From an uncultured Pseudomonadales bacterium (GTDB taxonomy: Bacteria; Patescibacteriota; Microgenomatia; UBA1400; PJMF01), in the NCBI GenBank assembly GCA_964457085.1, contig CAYWDM010000001.1, positions 242,914-306,913 on the forward strand: 64,000 nt of DNA. The letters are read 5' to 3'. The position numbers and the translations under genes were made by a program. The notes beneath the pieces are model-generated. The model had not been told where the DNA came from and made no database searches. It was given only the letters and a program-made list of their open reading frames with translations. Positions 48,589 through 59,393 of the stretch are shown here, piece by piece. How positions within the stretch are numbered: position 1 is the stretch's first letter; every line of letters starts with the position of its first letter.

Positions 48589-49320
48589 ATGGAAAAGCAT
48601 ATGAATAATCCAACCTCTTACGTTGCATTCGTTATTTCACAAAGTCTTGAGGTAATATCGGTCTTTTTACCGAGGCTTGCTGCCGCATTTGTAGTTTTTG
48701 CACTTGGAGTACTTCTGGCAAAATTAGCGCGAAAAGTGCTAATCAAGATACTCTCAGCCGCCAACTTTTCCATTTTTTTAAAGAAAACCCCCATACAGCT
48801 TGCCTTTGAAGGTCAAGATATTGGAGCACATATTGAGAGATTGGTTGTTGGTGTAGTCTACTGGTTGCTATTGCTGATGACGGTTCATGCTAGTGCTGCA
48901 ATTTTAGAAATTACTTCAGTTACATTAGTTATTGAAAAAGTACTTAATTATTTGCCCCAAGTTCTCTCGGCATTTATCGTTTTGAGCTTTGGATTACTGC
49001 TAGCCGGCCTAGTTGAATCGGTAGTCAAAGCAGCATCACGAGGTATTGGTATCCACAATTCGATCTTACTTGGAAAAATTGCCAGCTATAGTGTGGTCAC
49101 GATTGCCGCTTTAAGTTCGCTTTCAGAACTTGGCATTGCCAAAGAATTTGTAACGATTTTATTTGTTGGCTTCGTCAGCAGTGCAGCACTTGCGAGTGCG
49201 TTAGCAATAGGTTTGGGCAGTAAAGAATTGGTGCAAAAGGTACTAGGTGAGTGGCATGACAAAAATTTCTCTAAACCAACCGAGGTTGTAGATAGTCCAA
49301 CAACTGCTAAGAAAAAATAA
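48589..49320 (+). CDS. membrane protein with repeated conserved-TM-helix modules
   Basis: 243 aa, with 5-6 TM helices and repeated LxxxxxxxLxxLG segments. No soluble domain. Confidence 0.5.
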   Translation: MEKHMNNPTSYVAFVISQSLEVISVFLPRLAAAFVVFALGVLLAKLARKVLIKILSAANFSIFLKKTPIQLAFEGQDIGAHIERLVVGVVYWLLLLMTVHASAAILEITSVTLVIEKVLNYLPQVLSAFIVLSFGLLLAGLVESVVKAASRGIGIHNSILLGKIASYSVVTIAALSSLSELGIAKEFVTILFVGFVSSAALASALAIGLGSKELVQKVLGEWHDKNFSKPTEVVDSPTTAKKK

Positions 49321-50833
49321 GTTGGGATCGATATTGCAGAGCCTCAGCAACTGACTCAACTCCAATTGGTTGTTCACCATTGTCGCCAAGACGTAAATCT
49401 TCAATGGTTCTGGCCACTTTCTTTAATTTACCCAAACCTCTCTCTGAGAGCTTAAGCTTAAACTGGGCTTGCTCTAACAGCAACGTCGCTGCATGATCTA
49501 ATTGCAACTGCGATATATTGTTGGCCCCATAGATCATTCCATTCAGAAAGCCATCTTGCCACCGTGCCTTTTGCTTGTTCCATGCCATTTGAACCAGCTG
49601 CTTCGCCTCTAAATAACTTTGCTCAGGTTGTTCCTGCGTCACATTTTGACTTGGTTGTACTCTAATACAAATATCAATGCGATCAAACCAAGCTGAAGAT
49701 AACTTTCTGAACTGCAACTGGCCAGTATGTGGGAGACAAGTACAAGTTCTACTTGTCGATCCAAGGTTGCCACAACGACAGGGATTTGCGGCTGCAACCA
49801 ACAAAAATCGTGCTGGAACTGTGGTTGCATCACCAGTCATCGCTGCCCCAAATTCAATCATGGCTTTGAGTGCCTCAAGTTGTTTAGTTGGAAAATCAAC
49901 AAACTCGTCTAAGAATAACACCCCCCGATCTGCAAGCGTTACTGCTCCCAAACGCTGTTGTCTGCCACCTCCAACTAGGTCGTGCAAACTGATCGAGTTA
50001 GTTGGTGAGCAGAGTGGTCTACTGATGTTTTGCACAGATAATTCAGCATTTTGCAGCGATGCAACTCTTAAAATACTCAGGGAGTCTGCACCTGATGGGG
50101 GAGGAAGTAAATCAACCAACAACTTTGCCATAGTAGTTTTACCAAAACCAGGGGGACCAATAAGACACAGATGATGCCAGCCAGCAGCAGCAATCAAAGC
50201 GGCACGCTTGAGTACTTGAGCATGTTGTAGTGAATCCCATTCTTTTTCAGAATCTAACTTTTTTGCGTCGACCACTGGTACATTTAGAACGTGACTCACA
50301 GTACGCAGGTACTGATTTATTTGTGGCTTCCAACCTGTCATCACCTCACCAATGTGTCCAATTCCATGGACATCTATACCAGAAATAAGCGATAGGAATC
50401 CGATACTTTGTTGGGCACACCACACTTGCTGGTATCCATGCAGCTTTGCTGCAATCACCAACTCAACAATTCCAGTTACTGGTTTCACAGTACCATCAAG
50501 ACCAAGCTCACCAATCCACAGCTGCTTATTGTGTATCTTAATTTTACTCGACAATAACTGCAGCTCACTCAAAAATGCCACCATCATGGCTAGTTCTAAA
50601 CCAGTACTTTTTTTGATTAACCCGGCTGGAGTTAAGTTAATTACATAGTGACATTGCGGGAGTCGTACACCTAAAAATTTTAGTGCTGATTTCAATCTTT
50701 CTTTCGCCTCTGTCACCATTTTTGCAGCCAAACCAACCACTATAATTTGCGGAATACCACGATATCTAATCAATTCAACCTGAACAAACTTTGACTCCCG
50801 ACCTGAAAGGAAAACACTTTGAACACACTGCAT
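49307..50833 (-). CDS. comM: YifB/ComM-family Mg-chelatase-like AAA+ ATPase
   Basis: N-terminal Lon-like domain, Walker A LIGPPGFGKT, Walker B VLFLDEF, and the C-terminal ChlI-like region. 508 aa. Confidence 0.8.
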   Translation of the reverse strand: MQCVQSVFLSGRESKFVQVELIRYRGIPQIIVVGLAAKMVTEAKERLKSALKFLGVRLPQCHYVINLTPAGLIKKSTGLELAMMVAFLSELQLLSSKIKIHNKQLWIGELGLDGTVKPVTGIVELVIAAKLHGYQQVWCAQQSIGFLSLISGIDVHGIGHIGEVMTGWKPQINQYLRTVSHVLNVPVVDAKKLDSEKEWDSLQHAQVLKRAALIAAAGWHHLCLIGPPGFGKTTMAKLLVDLLPPPSGADSLSILRVASLQNAELSVQNISRPLCSPTNSISLHDLVGGGRQQRLGAVTLADRGVLFLDEFVDFPTKQLEALKAMIEFGAAMTGDATTVPARFLLVAAANPCRCGNLGSTSRTCTCLPHTGQLQFRKLSSAWFDRIDICIRVQPSQNVTQEQPEQSYLEAKQLVQMAWNKQKARWQDGFLNGMIYGANNISQLQLDHAATLLLEQAQFKLKLSERGLGKLKKVARTIEDLRLGDNGEQPIGVESVAEALQYRSQLIFS

Positions 50834-50879
50834 GTGGCTAGTATGTTCAAGAAAAGTGACAACTAACTAACAAAAAAAA

Positions 50880-51818
50880 TTATCTAGCAACTGCTGATAG
50901 AAAAGCAGCCTGATACGCCATCTGCAATGCCCCAAACACTGGGGGTTTATCTGGATATACCAATTTTCCCGTCGGGTACGTAGCTGCAAACCACAACGCT
51001 ATCCGGGTCCGTACAAATGATAGTGAATTAACACTACCAACCATGACACAGTCAAAAGCCTGATTTTTAAATGACAAGCCAGTCGCTACTGCAGACAGTA
51101 ATTGTTGGATATCTAAGATAGCTCCGATCATAATTTTATGAGCAACTCTGTCTCCATTTTCTGCTGCCTTTACCACGATCCGAGCAATCTCAGCCATTTC
51201 TCGCTTGCTGAATTCTGATCCATACACCACCGTTTTTAAATCAGAAGTTGAGGTACAGTTAAAATGTTGTAACAGTGGTTGTCGCAATGCTGTCAGTTCA
51301 CCACGACCGTCCGTTGCCTGCACCACAGCCTTGAGAGCACTGACACCAATGGCAAAACCAGAGCCCTCATCACTGAGCCAATAATCTAAACCCCCAGATT
51401 TTGCTTCCTGCCCTTGAGCATTTCTACCAATGCAGTTTGAACCTGTACCTGCAATCACCACCATAGCATTGGAGTTATCAGTACCACTTTTTAAAGCAAT
51501 CATGGCATCATTCACCATTGTCACCTCTGGGAATTGAAATCCTAGAAAAACCTCTGAAAAAGTGTTTTTTGCCTGATCTAGTTCAGCTGCAGTGTCCATA
51601 CCGGCCAAACCCATAACTACAGCTTCAAACCGTGGTGAGGCTAGTTCTTTCACTGCCTGACTAATTGCAGATTTTAAATTACCAACAGCTGTTGCCACAT
51701 CTGTAGTAGTGAGATTTGTCGGGCCAGACTTGCCTTTACCGATAATCTGGCCTTTTTCATCAGCACACCAAACCGCCGTTTTGCTACCACCACCATCAAT
51801 GCCAACAAAATATCCCAT
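50880..51818 (-). CDS. BadF/BadG/BcrA/BcrD-type ATPase (N-acetylglucosamine-kinase-like sugar kinase)
   Basis: N-terminal GIDGGGSKT and the ASKHA fold pattern. Stop 2 nt before the GH15 gene end (operon). Confidence 0.6.
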   Translation of the reverse strand: MGYFVGIDGGGSKTAVWCADEKGQIIGKGKSGPTNLTTTDVATAVGNLKSAISQAVKELASPRFEAVVMGLAGMDTAAELDQAKNTFSEVFLGFQFPEVTMVNDAMIALKSGTDNSNAMVVIAGTGSNCIGRNAQGQEAKSGGLDYWLSDEGSGFAIGVSALKAVVQATDGRGELTALRQPLLQHFNCTSTSDLKTVVYGSEFSKREMAEIARIVVKAAENGDRVAHKIMIGAILDIQQLLSAVATGLSFKNQAFDCVMVGSVNSLSFVRTRIALWFAATYPTGKLVYPDKPPVFGALQMAYQAAFLSAVAR

Positions 51819-51819
51819 A

Positions 51820-53823
51820 TTATAGTTCCGGTACTGGGGTAACTTGATTGGTATACCCCATAGCCCGCTTCCGCTGTATATACGATAAGATTAAATCCAC
51901 ATATACTGCGTGACTCCAAACCAATGGAGTAGCGGAGAGAGATTCTTCTGTGATTGGATCAAGTTGCTCAGCCAAAATCCCTGAAACATACTGATGATCA
52001 ACAATCCAGTTAATAATATTTTCAACATTCTGTAAATCTTCAACAGTGACGTCATTCTTATCAAGTAATCGCATACCCTCCCACATGGTAGTAATGAGCC
52101 ATGGGTTTGCTTTACCGGTAGCACTAAAGTATTTGTCGTGCTCGTAACGAATAATGCCACCCAAAGCTGTTGGGCTAGTTAATCGAGTAATCATCTGTTG
52201 ATGACTTGAAATAAAATGTGGCTCATCCTGTTCAAAAACACGGAAATACCACAGTCCAAAAATCGAACTTGCATCAACAATTTCATCAAGTTCCATGCCT
52301 GTATCAGTAACTATTGCCGTTCGTACAAAAGACTGCAGAGTTGGGCTATATAAATGGTCTACCATTGCCTGCTTAATCTCCTTAGCAGCTTGTCTGTATT
52401 CACGCATATGATTGCGCTTGCCCAAAAGCTCACTCATATCGGCCGCAGCCATCAGACCACCGTAAACTGCACTACAGGTGTAGGTTGAAATACCGATTTT
52501 TTCCTCCCATAAATCATATGAGGGTAGTGGCAAACCAGTATCAGTACTACGGAAGTGAATTAAAAACTGAGCAATTTTTTCAACTAATGGCTTATACAAT
52601 TCCTCGATAAACTCCAAGTCTTTACTCACCTTATAGTGGTTCCATAATGCCACCAAAACCGCTGCACTCTCATCCTCCTGAATAGGCAATTGTAAGATTC
52701 GATCTTTGAGCCACCCTTTTTGAGCAGTAGTGGAATGCCACGTTGAACCTAAACTCTGATCTGAGTTAAATCGATGGTGTAAATACCCATCAGGATGTAA
52801 TACATCCATGCAAAAGCGGAAAAATGGTTTGGTTACTTCAGTAAAGCCTGCCTTATCTAAATTACAGACAATGAAAGCTGCATCACGAGGCCACATATAG
52901 GTGTAGTCATCTTTACCATATTCAATCATTTCACTATCAGCTGAAGCGATAATGCTACCTCGATTATCAGTATGAGCCCTCAGTATAAATAAAGATGTAT
53001 CCAGCAATTTTTTCTGTTCTGGGGATAAAATTTCTGCGTCAATAACCCGCTCATTTAACCACGCATGCCAAAAATCTTCTGTAGAGTGCAACATGCCTTC
53101 AGGTGTTTTTTCATCAACCATAGCATTTAGCTCATAGGCCTCAGACAGTGACTCGCCAACACAAATCCAGTAATAGACGCGTGTTTTTGATTTAGCAGCT
53201 GCAGCGGTAGTCAAACGAAATACACTGTCTACGCTGCCATGCTCTACAGCATTTTTGCCAAGTTCACCATCTTCAGCATCACGAAATGACCCTTCTTTAC
53301 CATCAAACTCGAATGCTCCCATCGAGTAATCATCAATCCCCATACCGGCTTCAGTCTTTCCATTGACCACGAACACCCGACGACCGCGATAATGCACTAC
53401 CGAGTTATGAGTTGGATCATAAAATACTGTATTGCGTTTCTTATTTTCGCTGATGTGAAAAACTTGATGAAAAAATATTTTAATTTGTTTGTCTGTTTCA
53501 GAATGGTTATAAATATCTACCTGACGTATAAAAACAGCTGATTCGTTATAAACGACATCCTCCATCACCAAACTGATTTGCAGTGCGTCGTTTTTGCAAA
53601 CCAAATATCCAACCATTGTTTCAGGTTTATACCCGAGTGTAATCACCCAGCTACCATCATCGAGCCAAGCAAATGTATCGCCTGCCATGACTCCAATTCG
53701 ATGTTTATTACCACTGACATGATTCTCCAAACCAACATAGGGGTAATGCATGTCACGCACATACCCAAATTTATCCAGGGTGACTAAAAAACGACCATTT
53801 CCAAACACTAAAGCTCTTGCCAT
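51820..53823 (-). CDS. GH15-family glycoside hydrolase (glucoamylase/glucodextranase-like)
   Basis: N-terminal beta-sandwich ARALVFGNGRFLVTLDKFGYVRDMHYP and a C-terminal (alpha/alpha)6 region with conserved WEE/WPRD-like segments. ATG 53823 with an AAGGAA SD is preferred. Confidence 0.7.
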   Translation of the reverse strand: MARALVFGNGRFLVTLDKFGYVRDMHYPYVGLENHVSGNKHRIGVMAGDTFAWLDDGSWVITLGYKPETMVGYLVCKNDALQISLVMEDVVYNESAVFIRQVDIYNHSETDKQIKIFFHQVFHISENKKRNTVFYDPTHNSVVHYRGRRVFVVNGKTEAGMGIDDYSMGAFEFDGKEGSFRDAEDGELGKNAVEHGSVDSVFRLTTAAAAKSKTRVYYWICVGESLSEAYELNAMVDEKTPEGMLHSTEDFWHAWLNERVIDAEILSPEQKKLLDTSLFILRAHTDNRGSIIASADSEMIEYGKDDYTYMWPRDAAFIVCNLDKAGFTEVTKPFFRFCMDVLHPDGYLHHRFNSDQSLGSTWHSTTAQKGWLKDRILQLPIQEDESAAVLVALWNHYKVSKDLEFIEELYKPLVEKIAQFLIHFRSTDTGLPLPSYDLWEEKIGISTYTCSAVYGGLMAAADMSELLGKRNHMREYRQAAKEIKQAMVDHLYSPTLQSFVRTAIVTDTGMELDEIVDASSIFGLWYFRVFEQDEPHFISSHQQMITRLTSPTALGGIIRYEHDKYFSATGKANPWLITTMWEGMRLLDKNDVTVEDLQNVENIINWIVDHQYVSGILAEQLDPITEESLSATPLVWSHAVYVDLILSYIQRKRAMGYTNQVTPVPEL

Positions 53824-53842
53824 AACAGTATTATTCCTTATT

Positions 53843-55150
53843 TTATGAACTAGCCGCAACTGTCAAAGTGTCAGATGTAACACTTTTTTCTGCCAATTGT
53901 GCCCGTAGATCTGCCAATACGATTGCATACCGTCGATAGGCCTCAAATGGCGAGCCATAGGGACTAAAATAAGCATGCACATCGCCATCAGCAGCCCATT
54001 TAGTACACATATAGTAGAAATGGTCACTGGTTTGGAGTTTACGCCAAGTCTCCAGTAGTTGTTTGTCGCCCAAAGCAAGTAACTTAGATTCCATCGAGGC
54101 AATAATTCTTAGTGAATCCTGTTGCAATTCATTTGCAGTCCATGCAGTCAAATCTCGATCTACATCTGCCCAAGAAATAGGTTGTGGGACATCATAAACT
54201 AGCTTTTTTAACGAAGCTGCGATCTTGCCACTTCGTTGGTGGGTAAGTCGGCGAGATTTGAGTTGCTGATGCTGCCAAGAAACAAATAGTTGGCTGGGTG
54301 TCTGGCAACTATTCCATGACGACTCCAAAAACTGATGTATTAACACAGCAAAGAACTCAAAAATACCACTATCAGCCCACTGATGTTCTCCAAACGTTTC
54401 AAAATCCATAAACAAGTTCACTATTTCGTCTTCACGATATAAAGACAGCCACTTGAGGTATTTGTCCACGGTCAGAGGGTGATCGACCCAACTTTTATCA
54501 CTAAAGCGAAAAGCAATATCATCAGAGAGCTGTGCATGCTTCAAGAGTAGGGGGAGCACTTGCTCTGTGCCACCGAGCTTATATGGATGACTCACAAAAA
54601 GCTGCGTTCTGGGACGATTATCAAGATAACGGTCTACCGCCTCAGTTAACATTCCTAGGTATCCTAATTTTCCAACCAAATATCCAACATGGTCTGAGTA
54701 AATCAGCTCAGTGTTGCGAAAGACTTTTGGCTTAACTCGGAACAACTTCCAAATTATTTGTCGATGTAATTCTATTTGGGCAGCAAATTCGGTTTCGGAA
54801 TATAAAAAGGCGAGTGAGTGATAAAAAGTCTCTGCCAATAGTTCTACCCGGCCAGTTTTGACTAAACGTTTCAATAATACTATTACCTCTGGTTCAAATT
54901 CTTGAGCTTGAGTTAAAAACACACCAGAACATGACAGTGCAAAACAAAAACGTGGCTCTTGCTGCAGCAGTTTTTCAAGCAGCTGTAACATAGGCAAATA
55001 TGACTTGGCAGCTACTTTTTTGAAAATAGCCTCATTGCCAGTTTTACCTGATTTATGAAAAAAATCCTTGCCGTTACCAAGATCAAAGATCTCAAAATTA
55101 CCTATACGATAAGGTTGATGCAGCTGAAAATATAGACAAATCTGAGGCAT
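53843..55150 (-). CDS. GH57-family glycoside hydrolase
   Basis: N-terminal LYFQLHQPYR (the HQP motif of GH57). About 435 aa. ATG 55150 is preferred over the TTG at 55162. Confidence 0.7.
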   Translation of the reverse strand: MPQICLYFQLHQPYRIGNFEIFDLGNGKDFFHKSGKTGNEAIFKKVAAKSYLPMLQLLEKLLQQEPRFCFALSCSGVFLTQAQEFEPEVIVLLKRLVKTGRVELLAETFYHSLAFLYSETEFAAQIELHRQIIWKLFRVKPKVFRNTELIYSDHVGYLVGKLGYLGMLTEAVDRYLDNRPRTQLFVSHPYKLGGTEQVLPLLLKHAQLSDDIAFRFSDKSWVDHPLTVDKYLKWLSLYREDEIVNLFMDFETFGEHQWADSGIFEFFAVLIHQFLESSWNSCQTPSQLFVSWQHQQLKSRRLTHQRSGKIAASLKKLVYDVPQPISWADVDRDLTAWTANELQQDSLRIIASMESKLLALGDKQLLETWRKLQTSDHFYYMCTKWAADGDVHAYFSPYGSPFEAYRRYAIVLADLRAQLAEKSVTSDTLTVAASS

Positions 55151-55193
55151 AAATTTAATCAATTAGCATGAACAACTCTATGCAGGATAAAGC

Positions 55194-56432
55194 TTAGCGA
55201 CGACCAAACAACTTACTATATACAGACTTAATCTTGTTGGCGGCACTATGCCAAGTCACCCGCTGCACTTCCTCAAGTTGTCGGTCAATGACCCCATGGG
55301 CATACTTAGGCTGGGAAATCAGCTGCACCACCTGATTGGTCATGGCCTCAATATCCCAAAAATCAACTGAGATTGCACTAGGCATCACCTCAGCAACACC
55401 AGTGTTTCTTGAAACAATTACTGGAGTATGCCGTTGTGCAGCTTCAAGTGCTACCAATCCAAATGGCTCAGACAACGAGGGCATTACGAATACATCAGCC
55501 CGATCAAGCAATCGATTGCGCTGTGCGTCGCGCAGAAATCCGCTAAATAATACCGTGGCAGTTAATTTTGTGTCTGCCGTCTTGAAGAGTAACTCATGAT
55601 AGAGATCGCCCGAACCAGCAATCATGAACAACACATCTGGAATTTTCGCGTGGACTGCTCGTGCCATCTTCAAAAAATATTCGGTACCTTTTTGGGAGGT
55701 GAGCCGACCCATAAACACCACTAATGGCCGACGAGGTGCAAAAGCAGACTTGTTTGAGTCAATATGCTCGGCAGGAAAAATACCATTATGAATCACCTCA
55801 ATCTTATTTGGGTTGATGTGGTATTTATCCACCAACAACTGCTTAGTGTAATAGCTTACCGCCACCACCATATCTGACCGCATCATGCCTTCATACTCAC
55901 TTCGCATGATATAGGGGCTCCCATTTCCAGAGGGAATTCGGTCATATTCGGTTGAATGAATATGAGCAATCATTGGCTTACCAGTACTTTGTTTTAATTT
56001 AATTGCAGCAGGAAATGACATCCAATCGTGTGCATGAATCACATCATATTGTGAAGCTAGTTTTTGACCATCATGATCAACTAGTTTCGCATAATCATCG
56101 ACTTTTTGCTCCATTTTAGAGGCAGGCAATGCCCGTAAATCAAAGGCAGCAATAGTTTTTTTGGCATCCGCCTGAGTATCTTCAGGAATCATTGCCGATG
56201 CATATGATGAAAATGGAGGCTTGCCTGGTGTATGCCAATCTGGACTAAAACAACTCAATACTTGCAAATGACTTGCATCGATTGTGGTCTGGTAGGGTAG
56301 TGTTAGATAAATTTGAGTGTTTTGACCAGCCAATGCTCTGGTCATACCCTCAGTAGCTACTCCAAGACCACCACTATTGTGTGGCGGGTACTCCCAACCA
56401 ATCATCAGTACTCGATGTGAAACTTGTGACAT
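55194..56432 (-). CDS. GT4-family alpha-glucan (glycogen) synthase-like glycosyltransferase
   Basis: N-terminal VLMIGWEYPPHNSGGLGV and a C-terminal GT-B half with the E..G.. motif (FGLVALEAAQ). Confidence 0.7.
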   Translation of the reverse strand: MSQVSHRVLMIGWEYPPHNSGGLGVATEGMTRALAGQNTQIYLTLPYQTTIDASHLQVLSCFSPDWHTPGKPPFSSYASAMIPEDTQADAKKTIAAFDLRALPASKMEQKVDDYAKLVDHDGQKLASQYDVIHAHDWMSFPAAIKLKQSTGKPMIAHIHSTEYDRIPSGNGSPYIMRSEYEGMMRSDMVVAVSYYTKQLLVDKYHINPNKIEVIHNGIFPAEHIDSNKSAFAPRRPLVVFMGRLTSQKGTEYFLKMARAVHAKIPDVLFMIAGSGDLYHELLFKTADTKLTATVLFSGFLRDAQRNRLLDRADVFVMPSLSEPFGLVALEAAQRHTPVIVSRNTGVAEVMPSAISVDFWDIEAMTNQVVQLISQPKYAHGVIDRQLEEVQRVTWHSAANKIKSVYSKLFGRR

Positions 56433-56537
56433 TCGATGCGATTTGTTTTCAGTCTTGTTTTTTGCGACTTATGCCACCAAAAACAGGAGCTGAAACAGCC
56501 TGTTCTGTAATCCAGTGTAGCGAAAAAAAGCACTGCA

Positions 56538-57803
56538 TTGCAAGAGGAACTTGCCATCCAAACTGCTATAATCACCACTGTGTTAGACACTTTTATCTAC
56601 GAACTCAAAAAACCATATCATTTTGTAAAAACTGGATTGCTCCGTGCCCTCCCTGCAGCTATTAAATACGGCTTCCCAGCCAACAAACTTAAAATCATTG
56701 CCATCACTGGTACTGATGGCAAAACCACCTCAACTACGTTGACGTACCACATCCTAAAAGCTGCTGGATATAAAGTTGCCTTGATTTCTACCGTCGCCGC
56801 CTACATCGGAGATAAACAGATTGAAACTGGACTGCATGTCACCACTCCAGAGCCAGATCAGCTGCAAGCTCTAATGGCTAAAATGGTTTCGAAAGGTGTG
56901 GAGTACCTCGTTTTGGAATTCACTTCGCATGGTTCTTATCAGCAACGCTTGTTTGCTTCAAAACCTTTCTTGACTGGTCTGACCAATATCAATCATGAAC
57001 ACCTCGACTATCATCGCACTTTCCAAAACTACCTTGAAGCAAAAGTAGACTATCTCAAACAAGCAAAAACCATTATTCTCAACCGTGACGACAGTTCGTT
57101 TTCCAAAGTAAAACGCTATCTCACCACTGGCAAGCACTCGATCATTCCCTACAGTCATGAGGACTCACTACCAAAAATCATTACAGATGCAATTAAAGCC
57201 CGCTTTGACGAACCATACAATCGCATGAATGCTCGATTGGCGGTAACCATTGCTAGTCATCTTGGAGTTGATTCAAAAACTATCGCTGCCGCACTTCCCA
57301 GTTTTGAAGGTGTTCCAGGCCGCATGGAACTAGTACCTAACCGCCGTGGCCTTAAAATTGTAGTAGATTTTGCCCATACTCCTCAAGCACTCGAAGGAGC
57401 CCTGTTATCGCTTCGCAAACAAATGCAGCGTGAAAAAAGCGGAGGTCGCCTAATCGCAGTCTTTGGGTGTGCTGGACTTCGAGATCGTCAAAAACGACCA
57501 ATGATGGGCAAAATTGCTGTCGATATTGCCGACATAGCGGTTTTTACTGCAGAAGACCCCCGAACTGAAAATATCTGGTCAATTATTCGCCAAATGAAGG
57601 AGCAGCTAACCGAAGGACACAACAAGATAGTTTCCATCGCTGACCGCAGGGAGGCAATTGCATTTACACTCAGTAAGCTTGTCCATCGCGGTGATGTGGT
57701 TGGGTTTTTTGGCAAAGGTCCTGAAAAAAGTATTTGCTATGGCACCACTGAATATCCTTGGAGCGATAGAGAAGTGATTGAACAATGTTTGTCCTCGACC
57801 TAG
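56538..57803 (+). CDS. murE: Mur ligase, MurE-like (lacks the usual N-terminal domain)
   Basis: ITGTDGKTTST P-loop, EFTSHG, NINHEHLDYH, DFAHTPQAL and FGCAGLRDRQKRP motifs of MurE-type ligases. Confidence 0.7.
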   Translation: MQEELAIQTAIITTVLDTFIYELKKPYHFVKTGLLRALPAAIKYGFPANKLKIIAITGTDGKTTSTTLTYHILKAAGYKVALISTVAAYIGDKQIETGLHVTTPEPDQLQALMAKMVSKGVEYLVLEFTSHGSYQQRLFASKPFLTGLTNINHEHLDYHRTFQNYLEAKVDYLKQAKTIILNRDDSSFSKVKRYLTTGKHSIIPYSHEDSLPKIITDAIKARFDEPYNRMNARLAVTIASHLGVDSKTIAAALPSFEGVPGRMELVPNRRGLKIVVDFAHTPQALEGALLSLRKQMQREKSGGRLIAVFGCAGLRDRQKRPMMGKIAVDIADIAVFTAEDPRTENIWSIIRQMKEQLTEGHNKIVSIADRREAIAFTLSKLVHRGDVVGFFGKGPEKSICYGTTEYPWSDREVIEQCLSST

Positions 57804-59230
57804 ATCGTTTTCAGCAATTCTACTTGGTGGGAATCAAGGGTGTGGCAATGGCTGCATTAGCACAGCTATTAACCGATGCTGGCAAACACGTCAGTGGCTG
57901 TGACGTCGCCGAAGATTTTGTCACTAAAGGTGTGCTTAACACTTTGAGTTGTCAGATAGATGTAGGTTTTGGTCATCAGCTGCCCGATAATGCACAATGT
58001 GTGATCTATACTGCTGCTCACCACGGTCTCGACAACCCCATGGTGCAACAAGCTATCGAGAAGCATATTCCCTCTGCCTCACATGCTGAAGCTCTTGCTT
58101 TTTATCTCAATCAAAAACGAGGCATTGCAGTTTGCGGTGTCGGTGGTAAATCCACAGTCTCAGCCATGATTTCCTGGATTTTGGAAAAAACTAACCGGCA
58201 TCCAGGATATGCTGTCGGTGTAGGCAAAATCGTGGGCCTAGAAAAAACCGGCAAGTGGTCTACAGAATCTGATTTATTTGTGGCAGAGGCTGATGAGTAT
58301 GCTATTGACCCAGCTGCACCAAAAAAAGGCGAGCCAATGATTCCTCGATTTGGCTTCATGAAGCCTATGGTGACAGTCTGTACAAATCTCAACTTTGATC
58401 ACCCGGATGTCTACAAAGACTTTAATCACACCAAACAAGTATTTGCTAAATTTTTCCTTGCCATCAAGGAACGTGGTGAATTAATTATTAATGCCGACAA
58501 CTTAGACTTAGTGGAACTGGTTGACTCATTACAACCATATCTTGATGAACACGAGGTAAAAGTATGGACCTATGGCAGCTCAGAACTAGCAAAAATTAAA
58601 TTACTTAATTACACAACGGGCGAAGGCCATAACCAGGCAGATTTTACCTATAAGAATAAGAGTTATTCGCTGAAATTACCACTTCCCGGAAAATTTAACT
58701 GCATGAATGCCATTGCAGCTATTACTGCATGCTTGGCAGTTGGTGTTCCGATTGTAGACAGCATTGCGGCCCTAGCTGAATTTCACTCCACCATGAGACG
58801 ATTTGAATATGTTGGCGAGAAAAACGGAGTCAGATTCTATGACGACTATGCCCATCACCCCAATGAAGTGGCTAGCGTCATTAAAGCCATCACTGAGTGG
58901 TATCCCAATCGTCGTGTGGTGATTGCTTTTCAATCACACACTTTTTCTCGAACCAAACAGTTATTTAACGAATTTGTGACCGCTTTTGGCGAAGCCAAAG
59001 AAGTAGTAATGATTGATATTTTTCCTTCCGCACGCGAAGCATTTGACCCGAGTGTAACTAGTACACAACTCTGTGAAGCTATAACTGCAGCACATCCTCA
59101 AGTCAGTACTCTAAATCTTCTGACCATTCCAAAACTGGCAGCCTACCTACAACAGACACTCAAACCCGGTGATATTTGCCTAACTGTCGGTGCGGGGGAC
59201 ATCTACCAAGTTCACCAACTGATTGTTTAA
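57785..59230 (+). CDS. murC: UDP-N-acetylmuramate--L-alanine ligase
   Basis: N-terminal FYLVGIKGVAMAALAQLL, P-loop VCGVGGKST, and C-terminal DDYAHHPNEV. Overlaps the murE stop. Confidence 0.75.
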   Translation: MFVLDLDRFQQFYLVGIKGVAMAALAQLLTDAGKHVSGCDVAEDFVTKGVLNTLSCQIDVGFGHQLPDNAQCVIYTAAHHGLDNPMVQQAIEKHIPSASHAEALAFYLNQKRGIAVCGVGGKSTVSAMISWILEKTNRHPGYAVGVGKIVGLEKTGKWSTESDLFVAEADEYAIDPAAPKKGEPMIPRFGFMKPMVTVCTNLNFDHPDVYKDFNHTKQVFAKFFLAIKERGELIINADNLDLVELVDSLQPYLDEHEVKVWTYGSSELAKIKLLNYTTGEGHNQADFTYKNKSYSLKLPLPGKFNCMNAIAAITACLAVGVPIVDSIAALAEFHSTMRRFEYVGEKNGVRFYDDYAHHPNEVASVIKAITEWYPNRRVVIAFQSHTFSRTKQLFNEFVTAFGEAKEVVMIDIFPSAREAFDPSVTSTQLCEAITAAHPQVSTLNLLTIPKLAAYLQQTLKPGDICLTVGAGDIYQVHQLIV

Positions 59231-59307
59231 CAAGCATAAAAAATCAGTAGGCAGCAACCCCGCTTGAGTGTATAATCTCGGTTTGTACAAATTGTACGAA
59301 ACGCGCC

Positions 59308-59391
59308 GCCTCTGTGGCGAAATCGGTAGACGCGCGAGACTTAAAATCTCGTTCTAGCAATAGAGTGTGGGTTCGATTCCCACCGGAGGCA
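59308..59391 (+). tRNA. tRNA-Leu(TAA)
   Basis: Type II tRNA. Acceptor GCCTCTG/CGGAGGC, anticodon stem CGAGA/TCTCG, loop CTTAAAA, long variable arm, T-loop TTCGATT, discriminator A. A TATAAT element lies 30 nt upstream. Confidence 0.85.
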
Positions 59392-59393
59392 CT

